Source: Candidatus Anstonellales archaeon (GTDB lineage: Archaea > Micrarchaeota > Micrarchaeia > Anstonellales > J096). From it: a DNA stretch of 64,000 bases. The DNA lies in the NCBI GenBank assembly GCA_038890615.1, contig JAWAFI010000001.1, forward strand, positions 342,889 through 406,888, written 5' to 3'. Shown here in pieces: positions 1-8,609 of the stretch. The notes under the pieces were generated by a model, which saw nothing but the letters and a program-made list of their open reading frames with translations, had not been told where the DNA came from and did not search any database. Numbering within the stretch: position 1 is the stretch's first letter; every line of letters starts with the position of its first letter. The position numbers were made by a program, and so were the translations under genes.

Positions 1-1
1 T

Positions 2-340
2 CTTATCTTTGGGAGGGAAGGCGAAGGGCTGCATTCAGACGAGCTTGCAAAGGCAGACGCCCTTGTCCACATAGAAACCTCCCCTGCTTACCCTTCCTTG
101 AATGTTGTAAATGCAGTTGCCATAACCCTATTCCATATATCCTCTTTTCCACCAGCTCCAAAACATCAGCTATATGAAAAGAAGCTTTCAGCCCTTGTCT
201 CCTTGGCAGAAGAATTAGGAGGAAAGGAGCTCTCAAAAGCAATGCGCTCAATCATTGTGCGCTCATCGCCAACTGAGAAGGAGCTCAATGCGATGCTTCG
301 TTTCTTCTCTTCATCAAAGCACAAGAGGCTTACTCAATAA
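2..340 (+). CDS. SpoU/TrmH-family (SPOUT) RNA methyltransferase, C-terminal part; 5' end outside window
   Basis: Frame is open from nt 2 (ORF track starts it only at an internal TTG at 98). Translation ...LIFGREGEGLHSDELAKADALVHIETSPAYPSLNVVNAVAITLFHI matches the conserved SPOUT C-terminal motifs (GxExxGl ... IPm ... SLNvs.A). A ~60-aa unconserved tail follows. Confidence 0.6.
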   Translation, partial: LIFGREGEGLHSDELAKADALVHIETSPAYPSLNVVNAVAITLFHISSFPPAPKHQLYEKKLSALVSLAEELGGKELSKAMRSIIVRSSPTEKELNAMLRFFSSSKHKRLTQ

Positions 341-981
341 ACTCCTAATCCATAGTAGTATCTTAACTGATTGCTTATGAATTCATCGTCCCAATATTTT
401 GAATTATGTGCTGGCCCTCTATGCTCAAACAATGCGCGAAGGGATTTCATAACACGATGTACGCTTTCCATGCTCATGACTTCAATGGAATAATTCATAA
501 TAGCAATCCAACCATTCTTTTGGCTCTTGTTTGCTTCCAAAGGCGGGTGCTTGATTTCGCCTCCTATTTTGCCTCCTTCAAAAAGAGGCGGATATATCCT
601 TGTATATTCTGTACTGCCATGTGCAAATGCGCTTACAATGATTGCGAATGCACCATACCTCCATGCCTCGTTTGCCACTTCCAGCCCTGATTCGTCTTTT
701 TCCATCTTAAGGTCAGTAATTACTAGGTGATAGCATCCTTTCCTTATCTTCTCCATTGCTTCCTTACCGCTTTTTGCATATTCTACCTCAAAGGGCAATT
801 CTCCAAAGAACTCTTTTGCAGCCTTTCTGTTTTTCTCTTTGTCGTCAACTACAAGCATCTTGCTTATCCTTTCTTTTTTAAGCCAAGAAACAATTGCCTT
901 TGTTTCTTCGTCTAGCATAGGTTCTGCTAAAAGTTTTTTTCTTTCCTTATTGGATCCATACTCTTTTTTCTTTTGCCTCAT
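334..981 (-). CDS. Response-regulator receiver-domain protein with unassigned C-terminal region
   Basis: CheY-like signature: acidic pair in MLVVDDKE, phospho-acceptor Asp in HLVITDLKM, conserved Ser in IIVSAFAHG. ATG at 981. No histidine kinase nearby. Confidence 0.7.
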   Translation of the reverse strand: MRQKKKEYGSNKERKKLLAEPMLDEETKAIVSWLKKERISKMLVVDDKEKNRKAAKEFFGELPFEVEYAKSGKEAMEKIRKGCYHLVITDLKMEKDESGLEVANEAWRYGAFAIIVSAFAHGSTEYTRIYPPLFEGGKIGGEIKHPPLEANKSQKNGWIAIMNYSIEVMSMESVHRVMKSLRALFEHRGPAHNSKYWDDEFISNQLRYYYGLGVY

Positions 982-1001
982 AAACTACATATCCCCTCAA
1001 C

Positions 1002-1010
1002 TTTTTTAAT
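1002..1010 (+). promoter_or_regulatory. TATA-box-like element upstream of tRNA-Met
   Basis: TTTTTTAAT centred ~27 nt upstream of the tRNA 5' end at 1033, the canonical archaeal TATA distance. Confidence 0.45.
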
Positions 1011-1032
1011 TGTTGCCCTCTTTTAACCTCTA

Positions 1033-1147
1033 GCCAAGGTAGCTCAGCCTGCGAAGAGCGCCAGACTCATAAGAATGAGTGTTGAGCATCCTGCTATGAA
1101 AGAACTGGGCAATCTGGAGGTCGGGGGTTCAAATCCCCCCCTTGGCA
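1033..1147 (+). tRNA. tRNA-Met(CAT) (elongator Met or Ile2-type) with a ~40-nt intron at the canonical 37/38 position
   Basis: Hand-folded cloverleaf. Acceptor GCCAAGG/CCTTGGC plus discriminator A. D stem GCTC/GAGC. Anticodon stem CCAGA/TCTGG with loop CTCATAA (CAT at 1068-1070). T arm GGGGG-TTCAAAT-CCCCC. Inserted ~1072-1112 segment begins GAATGAG, complementary to the anticodon region as in bulge-helix-bulge introns. G1:C72 argues against an initiator. Confidence 0.85.
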
Positions 1148-1729
1148 TCAGAACAGCCTTTTCTGCATGACCCTCTCAAGCGTTTTCCACTTCTTCCTCA
1201 CATAGGGCTTAAGGACTTCAAAATTGCCCTGAAGGGCTGCAATTGTTTTTTTGTCAGAGGGATAGCCGCTTCCAAAATCCACTGTTTTTCTCCTTATCTC
1301 TTCAATCTCCCTATCCCTAATTACCTTTGCAATTACAGAAGCAGCAGAAACTATCTTGTACTTTTCGTCTGCCTTGAATGAAAGCACTATATCCCTGTCC
1401 TTTGGAAGCATGGCCCTGAACCCTTTCCTGTTTACAGAAGGCAAATCAGCATAAATCTTTTCAGCCCTGCTTTTCCTTATCAGCTCAGCCATTGCCTTTG
1501 CCTCAAGCACATTTATGTTTTCCTTGTCTATCTCTTCAGGCATTATCTTTTTTACAGCATAGTCGCTAGGGAGCACCTTCTTAAAGAATTCTTCCCTCTC
1601 TTCAGGGCTCATCTGCTTCGAGTCCCTGACATCCAACCTTTCCAATATCGCTTCGTTCCAAAAAATAGCAACAACAAGAGGCCCTATTACAGAACCCCTC
1701 CCTGCCTCATCCAGACCTGCCCTTGCCAT
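1148..1729 (-). CDS. rnhB: Ribonuclease HII
   Basis: N-terminus MARAGLDEAGRGSVIGPLVV (DEAGRG catalytic motif), later SASVIAK and DSKK-type motifs; typical ~190 aa length. Confidence 0.9.
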   Translation of the reverse strand: MARAGLDEAGRGSVIGPLVVAIFWNEAILERLDVRDSKQMSPEEREEFFKKVLPSDYAVKKIMPEEIDKENINVLEAKAMAELIRKSRAEKIYADLPSVNRKGFRAMLPKDRDIVLSFKADEKYKIVSAASVIAKVIRDREIEEIRRKTVDFGSGYPSDKKTIAALQGNFEVLKPYVRKKWKTLERVMQKRLF

Positions 1730-1735
1730 AGGGGG

Positions 1736-2002
1736 TCAAACTTCAGAGGTTATATTCTTCCTGTCAACGAGCACATAGTCCCCGACAGCAAGAACGCATT
1801 CATATGGGGCACACACAAGCCCATCTTCTTTCTTCATCTTTGAGGCAAGCTCGCTGTCTGGGTTTGGGTCAACAACAAGAGCCTCTATGCTCCCTGTCAC
1901 TTCATTTATATTTATATCCACTACCTTTCCGAAATCTTCACCTTCATTGGTCACAACCTTCTTTCCAGACAACTGCCTTGCAATAGCGTACTTTCCAGCC
2001 AT
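1736..2002 (-). CDS. PRC-barrel domain protein
   Basis: 88 aa; LSGKKVVTNEGEDFGKVVDININEVTGSIEALVVD matches the PRC-barrel pattern (G..V....G..lG.v.d...d...g.i..lvv). Confidence 0.7.
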   Translation of the reverse strand: MAGKYAIARQLSGKKVVTNEGEDFGKVVDININEVTGSIEALVVDPNPDSELASKMKKEDGLVCAPYECVLAVGDYVLVDRKNITSEV

Positions 2003-2063
2003 ATGATCACCGCTGCTTTTTCTACTTCTCCTTATTCATTTTTAAATCTTTGCTATTCCTTCC

Positions 2064-3224
2064 TCACTCAACGACTGCATAAGCTGAGAGCCTCCACATA
2101 TGGCCTATCTTCCTGCTTATGGCAACCTTATTGCCCTTCTCAACCCATACAGGGTACTTAAGCCTTATCTCTGCGGAGTGCTTCTTTATCTTGTCAACAA
2201 ACCCTATCGTTGTGGCTGTGTTTACAGAAACCACAACCTGCTCTGAAGGCGTAAGCCCCTTGTTTTCAAAGTCCTTCCTATCAAGCATATGCACCTTGAC
2301 TTTTAGCAGGTCCACAGGGTCTTCTATCTCGCCATCCCTTCCTATCACAATCCCAACCATCTTGTCTTTCTTTGTGATTGCCGGGTCCAATTCAGTGCCC
2401 ACAGCTATCAGCCCTCCAGGGGTTGCTTCCTCAAGCCTCTCGTTTTCCTCTGCAAGCGAGGTTATCCTAAACCTCTTTACTATATGGCCGCTGCTCTTTA
2501 CAATATCCCCTTTTCTAAGCACCCCCCTTGCCAGGCTCCCTCCTATTACCCCTCCTACAAGCTTTTCAGGAGGGGTGCCTGGCTTGTTCACATCAAATGA
2601 CCTAACAATAAACATCTTTGGGGGGGCATTAATATCCCTCTTTGGCGTCTTTATGTTGCTCTCTATCGCCTCAACCAGCTTGTCAATGTTTATCTTGTGT
2701 ATAGCAGCTACTGGGACTATTGGGGCATCAACACCATTTTCTGACAGGAAATTCTTTATCTCTCTATAGCTTTCATATGCCCTCTCCTTGCTAACTAAGT
2801 CAAGCTTTGTCTGCACAACCACTACATTCCTTATTCCCATGACTTTTAGTATGAGCATATGCTCGATTGTCTGCGGCTGAGGGCATTTTTCGTTTGCTGA
2901 TATTAAGAAAAGCACCCCATCCATAAGCGCTGAGCCTGAAATAGCAGTAGTCATAAGCGCTTCATGCCCAGGCGAATCCAACAAAGATATCCTTCTTTTT
3001 GGCTCAAGCTTCTTTTTGCACTTAGGGCATTTTGGCTTTACCGACCACGCATTGCACGCTTCGCAGTAATGTGATTCAAACGTTGCATACCCAAGCTTTA
3101 TGCTGATGCCTCTTTTCATCTCTTCGCTGTGTGTATCTGTCCATTTGCCTGTCAGGGCTTCAACAAGGGTGGTTTTTCCATGGTCGACATGCCCAAGAAT
3201 ACCTACATTTATTTCAGATTGCAA
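2064..3224 (-). CDS. eif2g: Translation initiation factor aIF2 gamma subunit
   Basis: GTPase G1 GHVDHGKTTL, G3 DSPGHE, NKxD-like TKLD, zinc ribbon CEAC...CPKC inserted in the G domain as in aIF2-gamma. TTG start abuts the S6e stop. Confidence 0.95.
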   Translation of the reverse strand: MQSEINVGILGHVDHGKTTLVEALTGKWTDTHSEEMKRGISIKLGYATFESHYCEACNAWSVKPKCPKCKKKLEPKRRISLLDSPGHEALMTTAISGSALMDGVLFLISANEKCPQPQTIEHMLILKVMGIRNVVVVQTKLDLVSKERAYESYREIKNFLSENGVDAPIVPVAAIHKINIDKLVEAIESNIKTPKRDINAPPKMFIVRSFDVNKPGTPPEKLVGGVIGGSLARGVLRKGDIVKSSGHIVKRFRITSLAEENERLEEATPGGLIAVGTELDPAITKKDKMVGIVIGRDGEIEDPVDLLKVKVHMLDRKDFENKGLTPSEQVVVSVNTATTIGFVDKIKKHSAEIRLKYPVWVEKGNKVAISRKIGHMWRLSAYAVVE

Positions 3225-3623
3225 CTAATCTCCCTCTTTCCCCCCTTCCTTCTTTTCCTGCTTGGGCATCAACTCGTCAAGCTTCTGGATTCCTTCTTGC
3301 TTGACAATGCAGTTTAGTTGGCTTATGTCTTCTCCAACAATGTTCCCCCTTATCCTTTTTCTCTTCCTTTCCCCTTTTTTCCCTCTGAAACCAACCCCAG
3401 GGGAAAGGAAAGCGCTTGAAGAGCCAGCACCCTTCACATCTGCCCTCATAGGGGCCCCTGTGCTGTCGCTCCCTCCTGTTATTACTAGTATATACCCTGG
3501 AAGCCCAACCATTCCGCCATCTATCTCATCCCCTATTTTTTTGCCTCGGAGCGCCATGACCTCGCTTTCGCTTAGCTCTTTTGAATATGCCTTCCCTTGC
3601 TTTGTGCCAACTACTATCTTCAT
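3225..3623 (-). CDS. rps6e: 30S ribosomal protein S6e
   Basis: MKIVVGTKQGKAYSKEL...ITGGSDSTGAPMR...RKRKRIRGNIV is the S6e pattern; conserved S6e - aIF2-gamma adjacency. Confidence 0.9.
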   Translation of the reverse strand: MKIVVGTKQGKAYSKELSESEVMALRGKKIGDEIDGGMVGLPGYILVITGGSDSTGAPMRADVKGAGSSSAFLSPGVGFRGKKGERKRKRIRGNIVGEDISQLNCIVKQEGIQKLDELMPKQEKKEGGKEGD

Positions 3624-3689
3624 TATATCTACCGAATAAAAATAAAAAAGAAGAGTTTAAAAAACTGATGGCAAAGATGCAACGTTTTA

Positions 3690-3914
3690 TTATGCGTTCT
3701 TCATCTTCACTCTGTATACATGGCCGTCTGTCTTGACGAAGTAAAGCCAGCCAGCCTCTTTCTTCATATATTCAGAGCCGACTTTGAGCTTCCTTCCTCC
3801 TTTGTTGTGCTTCATGGGCACTCTCCATACATACCCATCATTGGCCAGGTAATACAGATATCCTTTCTCTACTTGCACAGGCTTTGTAGAAACCCTTTCA
3901 TGCTTTCCCATCAT
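3690..3914 (-). CDS. Small hypothetical protein with an internal duplication (GYLYYLANDGYVWRVPMK / GWLYFVKTDGHVYRVKMK)
   Basis: ORF track extends to a GTG at 3965. However, GGTGA lies directly upstream of the ATGATG at 3914/3911 and GCTTTTAAACC lies ~30 nt further upstream, supporting the shorter form. No family recognised. Confidence 0.5.
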   Translation of the reverse strand: MMGKHERVSTKPVQVEKGYLYYLANDGYVWRVPMKHNKGGRKLKVGSEYMKKEAGWLYFVKTDGHVYRVKMKNA

Positions 3915-4012
3915 ATCACCGAGAGTTATAAGAGAGAAAAGGTTTAAAAGCCTTTCTCTCGGCACCTATCTCGAAGATCATGACACATTTATTCTTCCTT
4001 GACACATTAACT

Positions 4013-5059
4013 TCAGGCAAAATACCACACATACTCCCTTAGCTTTGAAGCTGAGCAATGCTTCTCAAGCAGCTTGCTCCTTTCCTCCATCTCCTTCCTC
4101 TTCGCCCAGATAGCAGCCCTGCTCCTTAAAAGCTGTGGGAAATTGATCCTTCCACTTGAATTCCTGAAAGCAGGCATTCCTGCTACAAGAGCAGACCTGT
4201 ACCTAAGCATCTTCCAGCTGCTTTTTGTCCTAGCGTTGTATAGCGTAGAAAGAGCAAGCAGATCCAATGCTTGAGCTAGCTCAATCTTCCTGAAAAAAAC
4301 AGGAGCGTTCTCAAGCAGCCAAGGCTCTGCATCATCGAGAGAAACAGCGCCCCAAACAGTATTCAATGCTTCCCTCATGCTTCTCGCTCTCATGAATTCC
4401 CCTACATAAGAAAACATGTCTTGCTTAATGTCCCTGCCCCTACCAGCCATGCCTTCCAAGCTGTTCAATGCTGCCCTTACATCGCCGTTGCTTTGTGCAG
4501 CTATGGCTTCTATATCCTGCTGCCCAATGCTTATCCCTTCTTTTCTTGCCACGCTCGCAAGCAGCTTTGCTATCTCTTTTTCAGAAACCCTGCTGAACTT
4601 CACTGCCTTTGCGCCTTCCCTCAGAACCTCAAATCCTCTAGCCCAAATGTCTTGGAGGGTCATTATAAGAGGCACCTTTTTCTCCTTTGCTTTATTCATT
4701 ATTTCTTTCAGTATAGATCCAACACCTCCTCTATTTGGCTGGAGGCAGTCTACATCATCAAAAAGCACAGCCCTCCTTCCTGCGAAAAGCCCCCTTGCAT
4801 CAAGCGAGCTGCTTATCCTTTCCACATCATCAATTCCTTCTATTGAACCCGGCTCAACCCTTACTAAATCCCAGCCCATCTCTCTTATTATTGCAATGGC
4901 AGCGCTGCTTTTGCCAGTGCCAGGCGGCCCATAAAGCACAAGCGGATACGCTTCACCTTTTGCATATGCATCCATCCATTCATTGCATTCTTGGACAGCT
5001 TTGAAGTTGCCCACAATCCCTTCAAGATTTTCAGGCCTGTATTTTTCAGCCAGCATCAT
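4013..5059 (-). CDS. Replication factor C-like AAA+ clamp-loader subunit (large-subunit-like N-terminus, short form)
   Basis: MLAEKYRPENLEGIVGN (RFC box II), Walker A GPPGTGKSS, Walker B-like VLFDDVDCL, sensor region. The EWMDAY segment resembles the RFC-large pattern. Start taken at ATG 5059/5056 rather than the TTG at 5071. Confidence 0.8.
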   Translation of the reverse strand: MMLAEKYRPENLEGIVGNFKAVQECNEWMDAYAKGEAYPLVLYGPPGTGKSSAAIAIIREMGWDLVRVEPGSIEGIDDVERISSSLDARGLFAGRRAVLFDDVDCLQPNRGGVGSILKEIMNKAKEKKVPLIMTLQDIWARGFEVLREGAKAVKFSRVSEKEIAKLLASVARKEGISIGQQDIEAIAAQSNGDVRAALNSLEGMAGRGRDIKQDMFSYVGEFMRARSMREALNTVWGAVSLDDAEPWLLENAPVFFRKIELAQALDLLALSTLYNARTKSSWKMLRYRSALVAGMPAFRNSSGRINFPQLLRSRAAIWAKRKEMEERSKLLEKHCSASKLREYVWYFA

Positions 5060-5073
5060 AGATATAAACAACC

Positions 5074-5083
5074 TTTAAAAATA
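5074..5083. promoter_or_regulatory. TATA-like box in the 40-nt divergent RFC / surface-protein intergenic region
   Basis: TTTAAAAATA lies ~20 nt from both ATG 5100 (+) and ATG 5059 (-). Confidence 0.4.
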
Positions 5084-5099
5084 AGATCCTACTATTATC

Positions 5100-8000
5100 A
5101 TGCACACACGAGCTCTGTTTCTTGTTTTTCTTATTGCCCTTTCATTCTCAGCATATACTCATGACAGGCCGTGGAATGAGCCATATTATTCAGAATACTG
5201 CCCTTATGTAATTTCAATCCCCTATTTCCCAGAGATATGGGATGTGAAGGCAATGACACCCCCGCTTGATTCCCTAAACCTAAGCAGGGTTGCCTATGGG
5301 CCAGAGGTTTCAAAGGAAATAGAATCAGCGCGGAAGAGCTACGGGAATGCAAAGGAAGTTTATACTTGGAGCATAACATGCTCCCTATCTTGCTTTCCAG
5401 GCCTTCCTTCAAACATAGTGTTCATACTTGAAAAGGTGGTATTTGAGCGAAGCGCGCCTACCCAATCAGATTTCAGGGAGTTGCTAAACTATGGCATTGA
5501 CCTTATATTGCAGGCAATAAGCCCCTACCTTGCTTACCCATCATACTGGAAGGGCACTGCAAACAGCGCCCTTGATGCCCTTGACAAAAGCTTCCAGATA
5601 AATGACATGGAATGGGGCAGGGTTTACTCATTGTACAGGGAAATGGACTATATGGGGCTGTGCAATGCTGATTACCTTGGGCCTGCATCCGCTGAATGCA
5701 AGTATTCAAGGCAAATGCTTTCTGCTCTAGGGCATACAGACGCTGGCAGGGCTGGCTCTTATTCCCGCGCCTTCTCCCACTTGAACAAACTCACACAATC
5801 TTTCTACAGCCAGAAGCCAGACTTCTCTTCTTACTCATTGGCAATGGAGGAGCTGTGGGGCCCAAATGGAAGCATAATTTACGCCCGCGAAATCCAAAGC
5901 CAGTCCTCTTCAGCCATAGAATCAGCCAAGGATTCGTTAAAAAGCGAGGAATTTTCTGCCGAATCCCTTTCCTCCCAAGCCAAGTCATCTCTTAAGAAGC
6001 TAAAGGACGAGAAGGTTGGGCTCATAGCATCCCCAAGAGAGGTTTCAACAGTCCAGCAGCAAAGCTTCTTGGCTTCAATGCAGTCCTTTGAGGATGCTAT
6101 CCAGGCAGGAGATTCCCACATGTCATATGCCAAAAAGCTCCAATCCGAAAAGCCGCGCGGCTGGCTCGCAGAATCAATGCAGAACCTGCAGGAAGCAAAG
6201 CTCCTATATTCGCGGGTCGCATCAGAAAGCCCTGCTCTTCTTGCTGATGCCCGCTCTGCAGTTTCTTCAAAAAGGCAAGATGCCATGTCAGCAACAGCCG
6301 AGCTGTACAATATGCAGCTTTCTCTTAGGCAAAAGGAAAGGCTTGAAGCGCTCAACTCATCGCTTCTCTCATCTGAATCCCTGCCTCTTGGCGACCAATA
6401 CTTATTATATGAAAATATTATCAAGGAATGCAAAACAATAAATGAAGAGGCAAAGAGCGGCAGCATAGCTGTGCTTTCCTACAAACTCAGCTCGCTGCGA
6501 GAGCTTATGGAAAAGGCAAAGAAAGATGGCATTCCAATTCAAGAAGAGGAGCAGCGCCTTGCCCTGCTGGAGGAAATGGGCCCAACAGAAGATGGGATTC
6601 AAAGCATACAAGATTCAATAATCCTCAAGGCCTCAATAAAGTACGCAGAAGTGCCCTTCCTGCGCGAGCAGGTGCTTTCCTACCTTTCCACAGGGGCATT
6701 CCCAGACCTGCAGGCAAAAGTCAGGCAGAAAGAGCGTGGCTTAGTGTACGATAGCTTCTCTTTTGAGCTTGCCTTGGGGAGCCTTCATGCGCTTGAAGCG
6801 TTCTACATTGAAACTCTGGAGGAGATTGAAGGGCGAAAAGGAGAGATAGCGCTCTCTTCCCTAATATTGGAGCACAGCTCACGCCCAATAGTTGCAACCC
6901 TTGATTCCCCTTCTCTGGTTTCTGCCTACATAGTTGCCACGAACCCGACTGATTATTATGCTTCAGGGGCATCAGCCTCAATCCCATTCCCGCTCCAGGT
7001 AATCTCTTCTGACCTTCAAAATGTGAAAACATTTTCATACAAGAGTGGCACCCTAAACCTCTACTTTGATGTTGCGCCCCACGAATCAAAAACAATAAAG
7101 GTTTCTAAGGAAGCAGTGCTTGCTTCCACAATAAAAATAGAAACAATGGCAGAAGGCAAATATGGGAATGCATACGTTGATGAGGAGCGCTCAATATTCT
7201 TGGAGATAGACTGCGATGCACTGGAGATACCGCTAACTGATGAAGGAACTATAGACGGAGTCCCATTTTACAACTCTATCATGGCTAAGCCAATAAAGCA
7301 GGGAAAGCACACGCTCTCCTTTTCCTACGTTGTGCCAAATGCCTACAATGTGGAGTATACCAGTGTCTCTGCAACGCCCGTATCAGGAGGCACCTACTTC
7401 TCCTACACAATAACCCTAACCCCGCATATGGATTTGGATGTAGCTTACCTTCCAATAGAATACGGAGCCAATGCAGAGCCTATATCTTACCATGAGATTG
7501 AAACAGCCGCTTCCTACGTGGTGATAGCCAAAGTGCACAACGGGGAGCAGGCAAAGGTGCGAATCTTTTGGACAGCAGAAAATATAAGCAGCGAAATAGA
7601 TTCCCTTGAATCCCAGCTTAGCTTGCTGAACCTTACAGAATCCGAGCAGTTCCAATTTGACCAAATAGAGCTTATGGCAGACAGCGCTGAGAAGGCGAAG
7701 CTTCTCCTTTCGCTGAAAAAGGCAGTTGACAAGCGCCTTCTTGAAGAAGCGAAAAAGGCAGCCCAGCTTGAGCAGGAGCAGGAAGCCCTCTCCTCATTAA
7801 TAAGCCGCTACTCATCCGCACTTTCGCTTGCCAACTCGCTTGGCGAGAAGACCCTTTCCCCAACCATTTCTGCAGACCTTTCGGCGCTTATTGAAGCCAA
7901 CCGCACAGGGGCCAAGGTTGACTTCTCAATAGAAAAGAGAAGGATAAAGGAATTCAAAGAAGCCCTTTACAATTACTATTATTCGCTCAAGGAAAAATCC

Positions 8001-8609
8001 TATGGCTGCAATTCCTCTCTTTCAAGCGCTGATTCCTTATTCTCATCGCTGGAGCTTTCCCCATCACTTGAAACTGCTGTGCGCATAAGCTCAATCCTAG
8101 AGGCAACAGAGCGCGAGCTCTCTTCTTGCCAGCCACTGCCCCAACCAGAAACCCCTGCAGCTTCGCTTTTGAAAGAAGTGGAATCCCTTATATCGCGATA
8201 TAACAACGAGTTTGCTGATGCAAAGGAGCTGGGCCTAACCTCCCTACTTCCCTACACAACACAAGGGGTTGAATCAAGCTACCAAAAGGCAAAGAAAGCA
8301 GGGGAAGCAGAGCTACAGCGCTTCAAGGAGCTTCTTTCCTCGGTTATGGAACGGCTGGAGGAAAAGGCAGAGTCTTCTGCCTCTTCCCTTGAAAAATTGG
8401 GCATCGACTCATCAAGAGTAAGAGACCATATAAAAGAAGGCCGATACATAAAAGCAATAGCAGCTGCACAATCCCTCTTAAGCTCAAGGGGCAAGGACAA
8501 CAATCTTCTAATCATAGGTGCAGTTGCACTGGTTGTGCTTGGAGCCGTTGCTTTCCTGTACATGAAAGGGAGCAAGGAAAAAGAATTAAGGAGGCTAAAG
8601 AAAATCTGA
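5100..8609 (+). CDS. Large (1169 aa) cell-surface protein with N-terminal signal peptide and C-terminal TM anchor
   Basis: N-terminus MHTRALFLVFLIALSFSAYT; long Ser/Leu/Glu/Ala-rich, probably helical regions plus a central beta-like part. C-terminus NNLLIIGAVALVVLGAVAFLYMKGSKEKELRRLKKI (TM plus basic tail). No family recognised. Confidence 0.7.
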   Translation: MHTRALFLVFLIALSFSAYTHDRPWNEPYYSEYCPYVISIPYFPEIWDVKAMTPPLDSLNLSRVAYGPEVSKEIESARKSYGNAKEVYTWSITCSLSCFPGLPSNIVFILEKVVFERSAPTQSDFRELLNYGIDLILQAISPYLAYPSYWKGTANSALDALDKSFQINDMEWGRVYSLYREMDYMGLCNADYLGPASAECKYSRQMLSALGHTDAGRAGSYSRAFSHLNKLTQSFYSQKPDFSSYSLAMEELWGPNGSIIYAREIQSQSSSAIESAKDSLKSEEFSAESLSSQAKSSLKKLKDEKVGLIASPREVSTVQQQSFLASMQSFEDAIQAGDSHMSYAKKLQSEKPRGWLAESMQNLQEAKLLYSRVASESPALLADARSAVSSKRQDAMSATAELYNMQLSLRQKERLEALNSSLLSSESLPLGDQYLLYENIIKECKTINEEAKSGSIAVLSYKLSSLRELMEKAKKDGIPIQEEEQRLALLEEMGPTEDGIQSIQDSIILKASIKYAEVPFLREQVLSYLSTGAFPDLQAKVRQKERGLVYDSFSFELALGSLHALEAFYIETLEEIEGRKGEIALSSLILEHSSRPIVATLDSPSLVSAYIVATNPTDYYASGASASIPFPLQVISSDLQNVKTFSYKSGTLNLYFDVAPHESKTIKVSKEAVLASTIKIETMAEGKYGNAYVDEERSIFLEIDCDALEIPLTDEGTIDGVPFYNSIMAKPIKQGKHTLSFSYVVPNAYNVEYTSVSATPVSGGTYFSYTITLTPHMDLDVAYLPIEYGANAEPISYHEIETAASYVVIAKVHNGEQAKVRIFWTAENISSEIDSLESQLSLLNLTESEQFQFDQIELMADSAEKAKLLLSLKKAVDKRLLEEAKKAAQLEQEQEALSSLISRYSSALSLANSLGEKTLSPTISADLSALIEANRTGAKVDFSIEKRRIKEFKEALYNYYYSLKEKSYGCNSSLSSADSLFSSLELSPSLETAVRISSILEATERELSSCQPLPQPETPAASLLKEVESLISRYNNEFADAKELGLTSLLPYTTQGVESSYQKAKKAGEAELQRFKELLSSVMERLEEKAESSASSLEKLGIDSSRVRDHIKEGRYIKAIAAAQSLLSSRGKDNNLLIIGAVALVVLGAVAFLYMKGSKEKELRRLKKI

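Noticed and set aside
2119-2769. 216-aa plus-strand ORF. Similar long shadow ORFs occur at 4416..4934, 15381..15860, 19776..20396, 22409..22981, 55139..55750 and 61159..61563.
   Set aside because: All lie antisense within confidently identified genes and translate to Ser/Leu/Pro/Phe-rich low-complexity sequence. They are artefacts of codon bias on the opposite strand.
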